Positions 29,486 to 39,700 of a DNA stretch of 64,000 bases are shown here, piece after piece. The notes beneath the pieces are model-generated. The model did not search any database. It saw nothing but the letters and a program-made list of their open reading frames with translations, and had not been told where the DNA came from. A program made the translations under genes and the position numbers. The stretch spans positions 449,332 through 513,331 of the forward strand of contig JAHJTE010000001.1 of NCBI GenBank assembly GCA_018830005.1, read 5' to 3'. Numbering within the stretch: position 1 is the first letter of the stretch; every line of letters begins with the position of its first letter. This stretch comes from Candidatus Omnitrophota bacterium. GTDB lineage: Bacteria > Omnitrophota > Gorgyraeia > JAHJTE01.

Positions 29486-29860
29486 ATGAATCACAAGATT
29501 TTAGTAGTAGATGATGAGTCTGATGTACGCGAGGTAATTAGCCAATATTTTGATAGGAGAGGCTATGATGTAGATACTGCAAGCAATGGACAGGAGGCCC
29601 TGTCTAGAATATTGGTTGAGAGACCAGAATTAATATTGTTAGACATTAGGATGCCTGAAATGGATGGGATTGAGTGTCTGCGTAGAATAAAGAAACTTGA
29701 TAAAGAAATGACGGTTATTATGGTTACCTGCGTGGATGAAATAGATACAGCTAAGAAAGCGCTTAGATTAGGTGCTACAGACTACATAACGAAACCCCTT
29801 GGCTTTAGTGCCTTAGAGACAGCTATTTCAACGTACCTTTTCCTTAAGAGCGTTAATTAA
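29486..29860 (+). CDS. Single-domain response regulator
   Basis: ILVVDDE, LLDIRMPEMDG, T, KP. Confidence 0.93.
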   Translation: MNHKILVVDDESDVREVISQYFDRRGYDVDTASNGQEALSRILVERPELILLDIRMPEMDGIECLRRIKKLDKEMTVIMVTCVDEIDTAKKALRLGATDYITKPLGFSALETAISTYLFLKSVN

Positions 29861-31024
29861 ATGAATAGGTGGCCCAAAATGGTAAAAGTACTGGTAGTAG
29901 ATGATGAATTGGATTTCTGTAATTCCCTGGAGGAAGTTCTTTCTAGAGAAGGCTATCGGGTAATAATCGCCACTTCAGGAAGAGAGGCCTTAGAAAAGGT
30001 AAAAACAGAAAGGCCGCAACTGATCCTGCTGGACATTAGGATGCCTGAAATGGATGGGATTCAGACTTTAGAGAGGATAAGGCAGATTGATAAACAGGTA
30101 GTTATTACAATGGTCACAATAGTAAAAGATACCAAAGTTGAACAGCGGACTTTAAAGTTAGGAGCAGTTAATTATATTACCAAGCCAATCGATTTAGACT
30201 TACTCAAAAGAAGCATCCATGGGTGGGCAACAAAGGTAGAGGTCCAACAGCTTGAGGAGGTTGATATTATAGCTTTGGATTACGATGAAAAAAAATTTAG
30301 GACAATCTTAGATCAATTTAGGAAAAAGGGCTATAATATAAAGAGTATTGAAAATAAAAGCAGTGAACTTGATTTAGCAGAGGGTCCTTTTGACCTTTTA
30401 ATTCTTAGGGCAGATTTATTAGGCGAGGATACAATACGGGTGCTGGCAAAATATAAACAAGCATATCCGGGACTACCTGTTATGATAGCAGTAGAGCCAG
30501 AATCAGTAAAGGAATTAATAGATAGAATTAAAAGATATGGCTCCTGTAAATATTTACCACCCTCCTTTGATGCAAACGGCCTTATTATGGTAATATATAG
30601 GATGGTATCCAAGGCTAAAGAAAAAAAGGAGATTAGAGAAGAAAAAAAGCCCAGCGATTACATTCTTATAGTGGATGATGAACCTGACGTATGTGAATAT
30701 ACGGGTAAGTTTCTAGCTAACGAAGGATATAAGGTGTCTTCAGTAACTGATTCCAAGGCTGTGTTAGAGCAGGTTGAAGCATTAAAGCCCTTTATCGTAC
30801 TTCTAGATATTGTTATGCCAGATGTAGATGGTCTTGAACTCTTAAAAAAGATAAAGAAAATTAGTCCACAGACTCAGGTTATAATTATAACAGGCCTAAA
30901 AGATGAATCTGTTTGCAGAGAATCTATAGAGTTAGGTGCTTGTGATTATATAGTGAAGCCATTTTCCCTGGATCAACTCAAAGTCACAGTACTAATCAAC
31001 AGCATCAAATCACATCTAAACTAG
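29861..31024 (+). CDS. Multi-receiver protein (REC-degenerate REC-REC)
   Basis: Two canonical VDDE/LLD..MP..DG/KP domains around a degenerate one; no output domain. Confidence 0.85.
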   Translation: MNRWPKMVKVLVVDDELDFCNSLEEVLSREGYRVIIATSGREALEKVKTERPQLILLDIRMPEMDGIQTLERIRQIDKQVVITMVTIVKDTKVEQRTLKLGAVNYITKPIDLDLLKRSIHGWATKVEVQQLEEVDIIALDYDEKKFRTILDQFRKKGYNIKSIENKSSELDLAEGPFDLLILRADLLGEDTIRVLAKYKQAYPGLPVMIAVEPESVKELIDRIKRYGSCKYLPPSFDANGLIMVIYRMVSKAKEKKEIREEKKPSDYILIVDDEPDVCEYTGKFLANEGYKVSSVTDSKAVLEQVEALKPFIVLLDIVMPDVDGLELLKKIKKISPQTQVIIITGLKDESVCRESIELGACDYIVKPFSLDQLKVTVLINSIKSHLN

Positions 31025-31026
31025 AA

Positions 31027-31998
31027 ATGTACCAAAGGACCAGGATAATCCTTGATTGGACAATTGCAATATCTGTTTATTCCCTCTTATTATTAATCAT
31101 ACCTTTTTCTAACAAACTTCTTGTTAGTCTAAATGCAGATACAGTTGATGTTATTTTAAATATGATAATAAACTTATTAATCGCAGCAGTATTTATCTGT
31201 TTATTAATTTATTTAATCGCAAGAGGTAAAGAATCTGCCGCCTCTTCATATATATGGCTGGGAGTTTTTTTCATCGTAAGCATGTTCTTTTTAATGAATG
31301 TAAAAGTCACTACAGATAGATTACATTTCTTAGGATATGGTATATTGAGTTTATTTGTTTATCGGGCCCTAAGACATAATATTGGTACACAAATTCTCTA
31401 CGGATGGTCGAGTCTTTTTATAATGTTTTTTGCTGTTTTGGATGAGATGCTTCAGATATCTGGTTTAGGTGGACGTGGCTTCGAGATCAAGGATGTTGGT
31501 ATAGATTGGCTAAGTGGTCTAACAGGACAATTTTTAATCGCTCTGGTCGTTAGGCCAAAATTGGAGGCAGTAAATATAAAGATACGTAGATATGTTGAGG
31601 AGTTGAAAAAGATAAAGACTTATAAGGATGCACGCATGCCAAAAGCCCAAAGATGCAATCTCAAAAAAATCGCAAAGCAGATTTGTTTTGCTTTTAAAAG
31701 AAATACAGGTCATAATGGCGGTCATGTGCACTTCAAGTATAAAGGAAAACAGGATCATTTAGTTTTGATTTGTCACAATCGGAAATTAGAGCAGATTGTT
31801 GTCAAGAATAAGAATTGTAAAAAAGGAGAATATGTTGAATGGAATCAATCTGAATTTTCTGATCTTTTACCCAAGATAGCCTTTTTAAAATTGCTCCCTT
31901 CGATAGATAATATCATAATAGACCATACATCCTTCCAGAAGAGTTGGCCTTGTTTTGATGAATTTCAAAGCTGGCTGAATACCATCCCTGCTTGTTGA
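31027..31998 (+). CDS. VanZ-like membrane protein with soluble C-terminal extension
   Basis: DRLHFLGYGIL, LDEMLQ..GRGFEIKDV..D. Confidence 0.7.
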   Translation: MYQRTRIILDWTIAISVYSLLLLIIPFSNKLLVSLNADTVDVILNMIINLLIAAVFICLLIYLIARGKESAASSYIWLGVFFIVSMFFLMNVKVTTDRLHFLGYGILSLFVYRALRHNIGTQILYGWSSLFIMFFAVLDEMLQISGLGGRGFEIKDVGIDWLSGLTGQFLIALVVRPKLEAVNIKIRRYVEELKKIKTYKDARMPKAQRCNLKKIAKQICFAFKRNTGHNGGHVHFKYKGKQDHLVLICHNRKLEQIVVKNKNCKKGEYVEWNQSEFSDLLPKIAFLKLLPSIDNIIIDHTSFQKSWPCFDEFQSWLNTIPAC

Positions 31999-32141
31999 TT
32001 TTACATTCCGCGTATATAGATGAATGTCTTTTGAGTATAAATTGTGCCTTACGTAATCTCCAAGGGTTACATAGGACTAGTCCTGCAAAATTCTTTGAAT
32101 TTTGTAGGGATTTTTATAGGGAGATAATTTTGTAGCATTCG

Positions 32142-32300
32142 CAGGATTTCACTATATTTTTATATTTTGGTGCTCAAAATTTGGCGAGGAAAATGACCTC
32201 TTTAGAACACCGAATTTTCTTGATAATTGGTATATTCTCGATATAATAAAGTCTTGTAGATAAAGATAGGAGTTCTCTCGTGATATTTGAGGGAGACCCC
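32142..32300 (+). repeat. Module B copy 9 (32186-32300) with the upstream linker shared by copies 1 and 2
   Basis: CAGGATTTC..GTGCTCAAAATTTGGCGAGG..CCTCT; TTGATA(32220)-16-TATAAT; ends GAGGGAGACCCC. Confidence 0.75.
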
Positions 32301-32330
32301 AGCTTTTTTTGCAGCATTAAAATAAAAGTA

Positions 32331-32768
32331 ATGAAAAATAAAATTTTTATAACGACAGTTATTATTTTATTGTATTCCTTTATTTGTTATGGACAGGGTG
32401 GCCTTTATTCAATAGTTGACCCGGAAGGAAAGAATAACCACGTAAAAATTGAATGGCATAGAATTGAACAAATAATCAATTCCGAGATAAAGGATATCAC
32501 AATTATTGAATTTAATGGTGGGTGGAAAGATGTCCAAGAAGCAAAAAAACAACTTCTAGAGAAATTGAATGATAAAGAAGTAAAAGTATCCTCTGTGCCT
32601 TTGTGGAACATGGACATCGCCGTAGAATTGGTTGGTATTATTGAATTTCAAGAGGGTTCACAAGGTAAGATTGCTGTGGCTCAATATAGAGTTGGTTTCC
32701 AAGATAACACTGGTAAACCATGGTATTTTCAATGGGATGAGAGAATGCCATTTAAACCAACAAGTTAG
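32331..32768 (+). CDS. Secreted hypothetical protein
   Basis: Signal peptide MKNKIFITTVIILLYSFICYG. Confidence 0.65.
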   Translation: MKNKIFITTVIILLYSFICYGQGGLYSIVDPEGKNNHVKIEWHRIEQIINSEIKDITIIEFNGGWKDVQEAKKQLLEKLNDKEVKVSSVPLWNMDIAVELVGIIEFQEGSQGKIAVAQYRVGFQDNTGKPWYFQWDERMPFKPTS

Positions 32769-32858
32769 AAACAAAAAAAGTAGTTTCCCGTTACCCACCT
32801 CAGTTAAATTTTAATGTAGGATTTAACAAGATAGACCAGTTCTTTTTTTAAATGAGAA

Positions 32859-34640
32859 GTGAGAGAAAAATTAATTTATTGTTATAATAAGATCTCCAAG
32901 AATCCTCTAACTATAATTTGTGCAGTCCTTATTGGCTACCTAGTCCTAACCGTATTTTTTACTTACCCCTTAATTAATAATTTCACTACTGGTTTCTATA
33001 GCGATGGCGGTGATGGTCCATTATTTCTCTGGAACCTTTGGTGGGTAAAATTTGCCCTTCTTGACCTTAAGACCAATCCTTTCCATACAGATTATATCTT
33101 TTACCCGAACAGCATAAATCTGACCTTGCATGAATTGACCTTCTTAAACGGACTTATTTCTATACCGTTTCAGTTACTTTTTGATGTTCTTGTTGCTAAT
33201 AATATTCTGACTGTCCTATCCTTTGTCCTCTCTGGTTTCGGAACATACCTGTTAATCAATTATTTGGTTAAAAACAGGCTGGCAGCCTTTATCGGGGGTT
33301 TCATCTTTGCCTTTTGTCCTTATAGGTTTGCACATCTTTTAGGCCATTACGATTTAATAACGACTCAATGGATTCCCTTTTATGTCCTTTTTTTGATCCG
33401 CATGACCAAGGAAAAAGGTAAGCTATTTAATGCGATTCTAGCTGGTATCTTTTTATTATTCAATGTCTTCTCAGCTTATTATTATCTCTTTTATTTGATA
33501 ATTTTTACGTTTCTTTACCTTGGATATGTATTGATATCGGATAAGAAGTTAATTTTAAATCGCCTCTTTCTTAAAAAGATCTTAACATTTTTTCTTACCT
33601 TCTTCATAATCTTTTTGCCTCTTTTGATAGCTATCTTCAGATACGTGTCTTTAGAATCTAGACTTCTAGACTTAACACATTCGCAATTTGCAGAAAATTA
33701 TGTAGCAGATTTGGCTGGTTTTTTTACGCCCTCGGTATTACATCCGGTTCTTGGTGAATTTGCAGGCCAAATTGCGCAATACTTTAGGGGCAATACAGCA
33801 GAATGCACAGTCTTTATCGGCTTTACGGTTATTATTTTGACAACGCTGGCAATAATTAAATTCTATAATAAGAAGAAGGATGCGAAATTTTGGTCATTTT
33901 CTCTTATTGTTTTTCTTCTTTTGTCGCTAGGCTTATTTCCCCATTTTTTAGGAAGAAAGATAATGATTCCGTTGCCATTTTTTATTATTTATTTTACTCC
34001 TATTTTAAAGAATGTAAGAATCCCAGCTCGCTTTTTGATAATGGCAATGTTATGTTGTGCAATATTGTCCTCGTTTTCTCTTGTTTTTATTTTTGATAAA
34101 CTAAAAAAAACTTGGAAGAAATCGTTCGCTGCTATTATTATAATAGCATTGATTTCATTTGAATATTTAGCCAGAGTCCCTATAGAAAATATTAAACCGC
34201 CACTTATTTACGAGCAGATTAAAAGAGATAAACAGACAGGCGTTGTTTTAGAAATTCCTCTGGGGTGGCAGGATAGTATTAAGTTACTTGGCGAACAATC
34301 AAGCGTGCGCGCTATGTATTACCAGTCTATACATCAGAAGCCTATATTTGGAGGTTATGTATCGAGATTCCCTTCCAGCGCTGCGTTTTATTACTTACGT
34401 CAGCCAATTTTCGTAGCTATTCTCGAGTTACAGAGAACAAGGGAAATTCAGCTACCTAAAAATATTTCCCAAGAGCAGAAAAGGGTAGAAGAATTTATAG
34501 ACTCTTTTAATCTAAGATATATTATAATTCATTCGCCTTATTTAAATACACCAGTTCATGAATATATAGAAAATATATTCCCTTTAAATAAAATTTATGA
34601 AGATGCCAAAATAGTTGTCTATAGGATTAAGGATTTATGA
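32859..34640 (+). CDS. Multi-TM membrane protein, GT-C/YfhO-like glycosyltransferase candidate
   Basis: DG.LFLWNLWW, IFYP, AFCPYR..H, R.PARF, YYQSIHQKPIFGGY. Confidence 0.7.
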   Translation: MREKLIYCYNKISKNPLTIICAVLIGYLVLTVFFTYPLINNFTTGFYSDGGDGPLFLWNLWWVKFALLDLKTNPFHTDYIFYPNSINLTLHELTFLNGLISIPFQLLFDVLVANNILTVLSFVLSGFGTYLLINYLVKNRLAAFIGGFIFAFCPYRFAHLLGHYDLITTQWIPFYVLFLIRMTKEKGKLFNAILAGIFLLFNVFSAYYYLFYLIIFTFLYLGYVLISDKKLILNRLFLKKILTFFLTFFIIFLPLLIAIFRYVSLESRLLDLTHSQFAENYVADLAGFFTPSVLHPVLGEFAGQIAQYFRGNTAECTVFIGFTVIILTTLAIIKFYNKKKDAKFWSFSLIVFLLLSLGLFPHFLGRKIMIPLPFFIIYFTPILKNVRIPARFLIMAMLCCAILSSFSLVFIFDKLKKTWKKSFAAIIIIALISFEYLARVPIENIKPPLIYEQIKRDKQTGVVLEIPLGWQDSIKLLGEQSSVRAMYYQSIHQKPIFGGYVSRFPSSAAFYYLRQPIFVAILELQRTREIQLPKNISQEQKRVEEFIDSFNLRYIIIHSPYLNTPVHEYIENIFPLNKIYEDAKIVVYRIKDL

Positions 34641-34816
34641 TTAGTTTAAGTAGCGAGATTAAATTAGCAGGAAATTTTTCTTTCAGTATTGCCTCTGAGA
34701 TGCTAAAGTATACTTGTAGCCAAAGAGATTATATCTGCGCTTTATCTTGAAATAGAGATAAGTTAGGCAGTTAATTTTTTGGATAAGGCTTTAGAGGTGG
34801 CTTAAAAGGAGATTGC

Positions 34817-35611
34817 ATGTTAAAAAAGATACTAATAACTCTTGGATTTTTAATGGTGACTGCAGGTTTAGTTTTTGTTTCTTCATGCGCCTTTTGCGAA
34901 AGCCAGGCTAGGCAAGACGTGACAGTAGAATTTCAAGGCCGTTATTGGGTTACGGATTTGGATACAGAGGCTAAAGTGGTTGAGTCTAATGTAGGCGCGA
35001 AGTTTGATTTCAAGACAGACCTTGGCATCGGTGATGAAGATTTTCCAGAAGGACGAATTATCTGGCATATAGGGCCGAATAACAAAATAAGACTTGGCTA
35101 CACCCAGGTAGATTATAGCGGCGATCAGAGTATATCACGTACTATTGAGTTTAAAGGTCAATCTTATACCTCAGGAGCGCAGGTAAAGTCAGATTTAGAT
35201 ATAACCTATTTAAGATTTGGGTGGTTATGGCAATTCGTTGACTTATTTGATGGAGGTATGAAATTTGGCACTATATTGGAGGCAAAAGGTATATTGGCAG
35301 ATGTTTCGCTTGATGCACCGGCTTTGACCATCAAGGAATCAGAGGAGTTCTTTGGCGTATTACCAACAGTCGGCGTTACCTTAGATATTAACCCAGTTAA
35401 AAAAATGAATCTCTTTGCTGAGATCTCTGGTATTTCGGCCGGGGACTATGGTTATTTTTTTGATGCAGAGGCAGGTATAAAGATACTACCGTTTAAGAAT
35501 CTTGACATAGTCGGTGGCTATAGAATGATCGACATCGAGGCAGAAGATGATCCTGATTTCTTCCAGGCTCAGATTTCAGGACCATTTTTGGCTGCGACGT
35601 TAAAATTTTAG
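34817..35611 (+). CDS. Outer-membrane beta-barrel protein
   Basis: Signal peptide, alternating strands, GGYR, C-terminal GPFLAATLKF. Confidence 0.75.
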   Translation: MLKKILITLGFLMVTAGLVFVSSCAFCESQARQDVTVEFQGRYWVTDLDTEAKVVESNVGAKFDFKTDLGIGDEDFPEGRIIWHIGPNNKIRLGYTQVDYSGDQSISRTIEFKGQSYTSGAQVKSDLDITYLRFGWLWQFVDLFDGGMKFGTILEAKGILADVSLDAPALTIKESEEFFGVLPTVGVTLDINPVKKMNLFAEISGISAGDYGYFFDAEAGIKILPFKNLDIVGGYRMIDIEAEDDPDFFQAQISGPFLAATLKF

Positions 35612-35621
35612 GTTTCTTTAG

Positions 35622-35873
35622 ATGAAAAGTTTTATAATTGGATTAATAGCAGGAAGTTTGTGTACAATCTCTTTTCTTCCGCAAGTAATAAGGATTTTTA
35701 AGACAAAACGCACAAAGGACCTCTCTTTAATTACATTTTCTGTATTTTCTTTAGGCGTATTACTTTGGTTAATCTACGGGATATTGATAGGAGAGTTGCC
35801 GATTATTCTGGCTAATACCGCAACCTTGGCTTTGGCGCTTTTGATTGTGATAATGAAAATTAAGTATAAGTGA
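35622..35873 (+). CDS. SemiSWEET / PQ-loop transporter
   Basis: TISFLPQVI..KTKRTKDLS..LWLIYG..PIILAN. Confidence 0.92.
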   Translation: MKSFIIGLIAGSLCTISFLPQVIRIFKTKRTKDLSLITFSVFSLGVLLWLIYGILIGELPIILANTATLALALLIVIMKIKYK

Positions 35874-35940
35874 ATTCGGCTAAATCACTTATGTTGTCTT
35901 GAGGACTCTATAAGTGATGTGCTCATTAAGGAGGTGTAAT

Positions 35941-36225
35941 ATGGCGATTTATTTTATGTTTGGTAAATATTCACGAGAGGCAATACAAGGAATAAGCGCT
36001 AATCGGACAAAGGAAGCTACGGGCGTCATTGAAAAACTTGGCGGCAAGTTAAAATCAACGTATGCCCTTTTAGGGGAGCATGATTTGGTTCTTATAGTAG
36101 ATTTTCCTGGTTTACAAGATGCGATGAAGGCGTCCTTGGCTCTGACTAGGTTAACAAATGTTGCGTTCTCTACATCACCAGCAATAACAGTAGAAGATTT
36201 CGATAAGATGATTGCTCAGGCCTAA
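35941..36225 (+). CDS. GYD domain protein
   Basis: LGGKLKSTYALLGEHDLVLIVDFP; AGGAGG RBS. Confidence 0.88.
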   Translation: MAIYFMFGKYSREAIQGISANRTKEATGVIEKLGGKLKSTYALLGEHDLVLIVDFPGLQDAMKASLALTRLTNVAFSTSPAITVEDFDKMIAQA

Positions 36226-36265
36226 GCTTTTTTTGAATTCAGATCTGGATAGGCTAGGTGGTTTT

Positions 36266-36805
36266 ATGAAAAAAATTTTAGTTATGTTATCTTTAGTTAT
36301 TTTTATTGGTATTGCCTGTGGCTACAATTCTGCCCAAGACAATGATGTTGTAATATTGGAAACAAATCAGGGGATTATAAAAATTAGATTGTATCCTAAG
36401 ATAGCTCCCAAGGCCTGTGAGAATTTCACAGAATTGGTTAAACAGGGCTATTATGATGGGATAATTTTTCATAGGGTAATAAAAAATTTTATGATTCAGG
36501 CAGGCGACCCAACAGGAACAGGAAGAGGAGGTCAGTCAATCTGGGGCATGCCTTTTGAAGACGAGGTTACTACTGGTGTCAAATTCAATAAGCCAGGATT
36601 AGTTGCAATGGCAAATGCCGGTCCCGATACAAATGGCAGCCAGTTTTTTATTACAACAGTCTCTACGCCCTGGCTTAATATGCGCCATACAATATTCGGT
36701 GAGGTTATTTCAGGCTACGATGTAGTCGGAAAAATCGAGAATACAGCTACGGGGCCTCTAGATAGGCCACTTGTTGAACAGAAGATTATAAAGGCACACT
36801 TTTAA
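36266..36805 (+). CDS. Cyclophilin-type peptidyl-prolyl isomerase
   Basis: FHRVIKNFMIQAGDPTGTG, MANAGPDTNGSQFFIT. Confidence 0.95.
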   Translation: MKKILVMLSLVIFIGIACGYNSAQDNDVVILETNQGIIKIRLYPKIAPKACENFTELVKQGYYDGIIFHRVIKNFMIQAGDPTGTGRGGQSIWGMPFEDEVTTGVKFNKPGLVAMANAGPDTNGSQFFITTVSTPWLNMRHTIFGEVISGYDVVGKIENTATGPLDRPLVEQKIIKAHF

Positions 36806-36820
36806 CCAAGGAGGGAAAAG

Positions 36821-37057
36821 ATGCCATATGACAGCAGTCTGGATGAATCTTTATTTTCAAAGTCTTGGGAAAACGATTCCGGCCGTTTAACAGTAAGTGT
36901 TTATTCTTACAATAAAGGCGCTAGGAAATTACAAATCAACAGGGAGAACAGGGATCCTGAAGGAGGCTTTAGGTTTGCTAAACTTGGCAGAATGACTAAG
37001 GCAGAGGCAGGGGCTGTTGTTCCATTAATCCAGGAGGCCCTAGAGTTCCTGGATTAG
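36821..37057 (+). CDS. Small hypothetical protein
   Basis: AGGAGG RBS; VYSYNKG..KLQINRE..FAKLGRMT. Confidence 0.7.
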   Translation: MPYDSSLDESLFSKSWENDSGRLTVSVYSYNKGARKLQINRENRDPEGGFRFAKLGRMTKAEAGAVVPLIQEALEFLD

Positions 37058-37077
37058 ATAATTAGTTTAGACTGAAA

Positions 37078-37506
37078 ATGGACGATATAATCATACAGAG
37101 AGCCAAGGAAGAAGATGCCCCCTACATTGAAGAGAAGCTGAAAAAATATCTTCTTGATTCTGAGAATGCCAGTCGGGAACAGTTTTTTGTTGCAAAGAAT
37201 AATAACAAGACAGTGGCGTTTGCCAGGATAAAAGATTATGGAGAATATTTCGAACTTGCTTCCTTGGGAGTGGATTATTGCCATCGGAAAAAAGGCATTG
37301 GCACGAAGATGGTTTTGTTTCTTATTGAAGAGGCAAAGAGACGTAATCCGCAAAAGCCTATATACGGCGTGACCCATAGGCCCAATTTTGTAGAAAGAGT
37401 TGGTTTTAAGGAAATCCCGAAAGGCCCTGAGGCATTAGAATACAAGCGACACCACAGAACAGTCCTTGGTCCTAAGAAGAATAAGATTATGCTATTTAAG
37501 GCATAA
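37078..37506 (+). CDS. GNAT N-acetyltransferase
   Basis: ELASLGVD..HRKKGIGT, FVERVGF. Confidence 0.88.
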   Translation: MDDIIIQRAKEEDAPYIEEKLKKYLLDSENASREQFFVAKNNNKTVAFARIKDYGEYFELASLGVDYCHRKKGIGTKMVLFLIEEAKRRNPQKPIYGVTHRPNFVERVGFKEIPKGPEALEYKRHHRTVLGPKKNKIMLFKA

Positions 37507-37618
37507 TTTAGCAAACAGAGTAGAAGGAATTATAGAAGAATAAGTTCGAGGTGGTTCCTAGATTAGTTCTGAAACTACTGCTTTTAGGACTACCCACCAT
37601 ATAATATTCTTTTTTAAA

Positions 37619-38881
37619 ATGTCCTTTATGAGGATTAGTTCGGATAAAACAAGAAGAGGATTCCTGATTCTCTCCTGGGCGCTTTATGATCTAGCTAACC
37701 AGTTCTTTGTCCTGAATATAATATCTCTTTATTTTGTGCGCTGGCTTGTTTTGGAGAAAGGAGTACCGGAGATTCTCTATAGCATTTCTTTTGGGATTTC
37801 AATATTTTTCGTAGCTCTCTTGGCACCATTTCTGGGATTTATTTCAGACCTCACCCGAAGATACAAAGGTTTTCTCACATGTTTTACGCTGCTTTCTGTA
37901 ATCTTTACGATTTTTTTAAGTCTTAGCGAAAGTATTCTCTTAGCACTTATATTTTTTGCCATAGCCAATTTTGGCTGTCAGATTGCTGTTGTCTTCTATA
38001 ATGCCCTTATGGTTGATATTGCACCTAAGGAAAGACTGGGATTAATTTCAGGCTTAGGCAGAATGTTTGCATATTTGGGAGCTGTGTTATCACTATATTT
38101 TGTAAAGCCTTTAGTCTTAGAATATGGATACAAGTCAGCATTTCTTCCTGCCGCTTTATTTTTCCTGATATTCTCCCTACCTTGTATTATTCTCATAAAG
38201 GATAAATATTCAAAGCAGGCAATAGGTCTAATTCAGTTTTTCAAGAGGGATAGTATAAGTAAGGCATTTAAAACCATACGCACATCATTTTCGCAAACTT
38301 ACAAGATACCCGGCGCCTCGGATTTTCTAAAATCAGCCTTTTTTGGCTTGGCTGCTATAAATGTAATAATCCTTTTTATGTCCGTATATGCCAGTCAGGT
38401 ATTTAGATTAAACGAATCCCAGATGATTAACCTTGTTGCCTTTGGGGCATTTTTTGCAATAATCGGCAGCATTATTTCAGGCGCAATCAGTGATTATATA
38501 GGCTATAGGAGATGTTTGATTTCCGTATTTATTCTCTGGATATTTTGTTTTTTAGCTGGCGCGATAGCGAAAAGCCCTGGTTTCTTTTTCTTCGTTGGTG
38601 CGGCAGTAGGATTAGCCATGGGCGCAACCAGTGTTGTGGCTCGCGCCTTAGCTATTAGTTTAGTGCCTAAGGATAGAATTGGAGCGGTTTTTGGTTTGTT
38701 TAATTTTGTAGGATATATTTCAAGTATTTTGGGAGCCTTATTCTGGGGTCTTATGCTTTTATTACTTTCTCCCTTGGGAGAGATAGGTTATCGTCTGGCT
38801 TTATTCAGCCTAAATATATTCATATTTTTAGGCATATTTTTCATTTTACGCATTCCTAAAACGAGAAAGAATATAGGATAG
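37619..38881 (+). CDS. MFS transporter (UMF1/Atg22-like)
   Basis: SWALYDLANQ, FYNALM, ~12 TM. Confidence 0.88.
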   Translation: MSFMRISSDKTRRGFLILSWALYDLANQFFVLNIISLYFVRWLVLEKGVPEILYSISFGISIFFVALLAPFLGFISDLTRRYKGFLTCFTLLSVIFTIFLSLSESILLALIFFAIANFGCQIAVVFYNALMVDIAPKERLGLISGLGRMFAYLGAVLSLYFVKPLVLEYGYKSAFLPAALFFLIFSLPCIILIKDKYSKQAIGLIQFFKRDSISKAFKTIRTSFSQTYKIPGASDFLKSAFFGLAAINVIILFMSVYASQVFRLNESQMINLVAFGAFFAIIGSIISGAISDYIGYRRCLISVFILWIFCFLAGAIAKSPGFFFFVGAAVGLAMGATSVVARALAISLVPKDRIGAVFGLFNFVGYISSILGALFWGLMLLLLSPLGEIGYRLALFSLNIFIFLGIFFILRIPKTRKNIG

Positions 38882-38899
38882 AATAATTTAGGAAATGAG

Positions 38900-39691
38900 A
38901 TGAAGAAAAGACTTAAGTATATCTATGGTCCGGTTTCATCCTGGAGATTGGGAAGCTCTCTAGGCATAGATCCTGTATCAGGCAAAGTAAAAATCTGCAC
39001 ATTTGATTGTATTTACTGTCAGCTGGGCAAGACCAAGATATTTAGCGATAGAAGAAGGATTTTTGTGCCTACGCAAAGACTCTTGCGAGAAATTAAAATG
39101 CTACCAGCTTTGGAAGCAGACTATATTACATTTTCTGGAACTGCTGAACCTACTCTTGCTAAGAATTTGGGCCAGATGATAAAGGTAATAAGGGGAAAAA
39201 GGCGTGAAAGAATCGCCGTCTTGACCAATGCCTCATTAATCTATAGGCAAGACGTCCAAAGAGACTTACTCTTAGCTGATTTTGTTGCAGTAAAAATTGA
39301 TGCCAATTCACAGGATTTATTCCTCAGAGTAAATAAACCCATGAAAAAGATAAAATTTCCTACTATAATAAAGGCAATAGGGGACTTTAGAGATAAATTC
39401 AAAGGTGAATTGGGATTGCAGATTATGTTTGTTAAGGAAAACAAAAGATATGCAAAGGAAATAGCCCAGATAGCAGCCCAGATTAGGCCGGATGAAATTC
39501 AGATTAATACGCCTTTAAGGCCTTCCCAGGCTGCGGCCTTGTCAAAGAAGGAATTAAAAACAATAGAAGACACATTTTTAAAAACATGCGCCAAGAATAC
39601 AAGGATTGTCAGTGTTTATAAGGCTAAAAATAAAAAAGTGATTCCGATAAATAAATGTGATACACTGAGACGAAGACCAAAGTTGCATTAG
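38900..39691 (+). CDS. Radical SAM protein (YGPVxSxRLG family)
   Basis: YGPVSSWRLGSSLGID, CTFDCIYC. Confidence 0.9.
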   Translation: MKKRLKYIYGPVSSWRLGSSLGIDPVSGKVKICTFDCIYCQLGKTKIFSDRRRIFVPTQRLLREIKMLPALEADYITFSGTAEPTLAKNLGQMIKVIRGKRRERIAVLTNASLIYRQDVQRDLLLADFVAVKIDANSQDLFLRVNKPMKKIKFPTIIKAIGDFRDKFKGELGLQIMFVKENKRYAKEIAQIAAQIRPDEIQINTPLRPSQAAALSKKELKTIEDTFLKTCAKNTRIVSVYKAKNKKVIPINKCDTLRRRPKLH

Positions 39692-39700
39692 GAGATAGCT

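Noticed and set aside
1641-32300. Invertible (phase-variable) promoters
   Set aside because: The arms are imperfect and all copies have the same orientation; not supported without read data.
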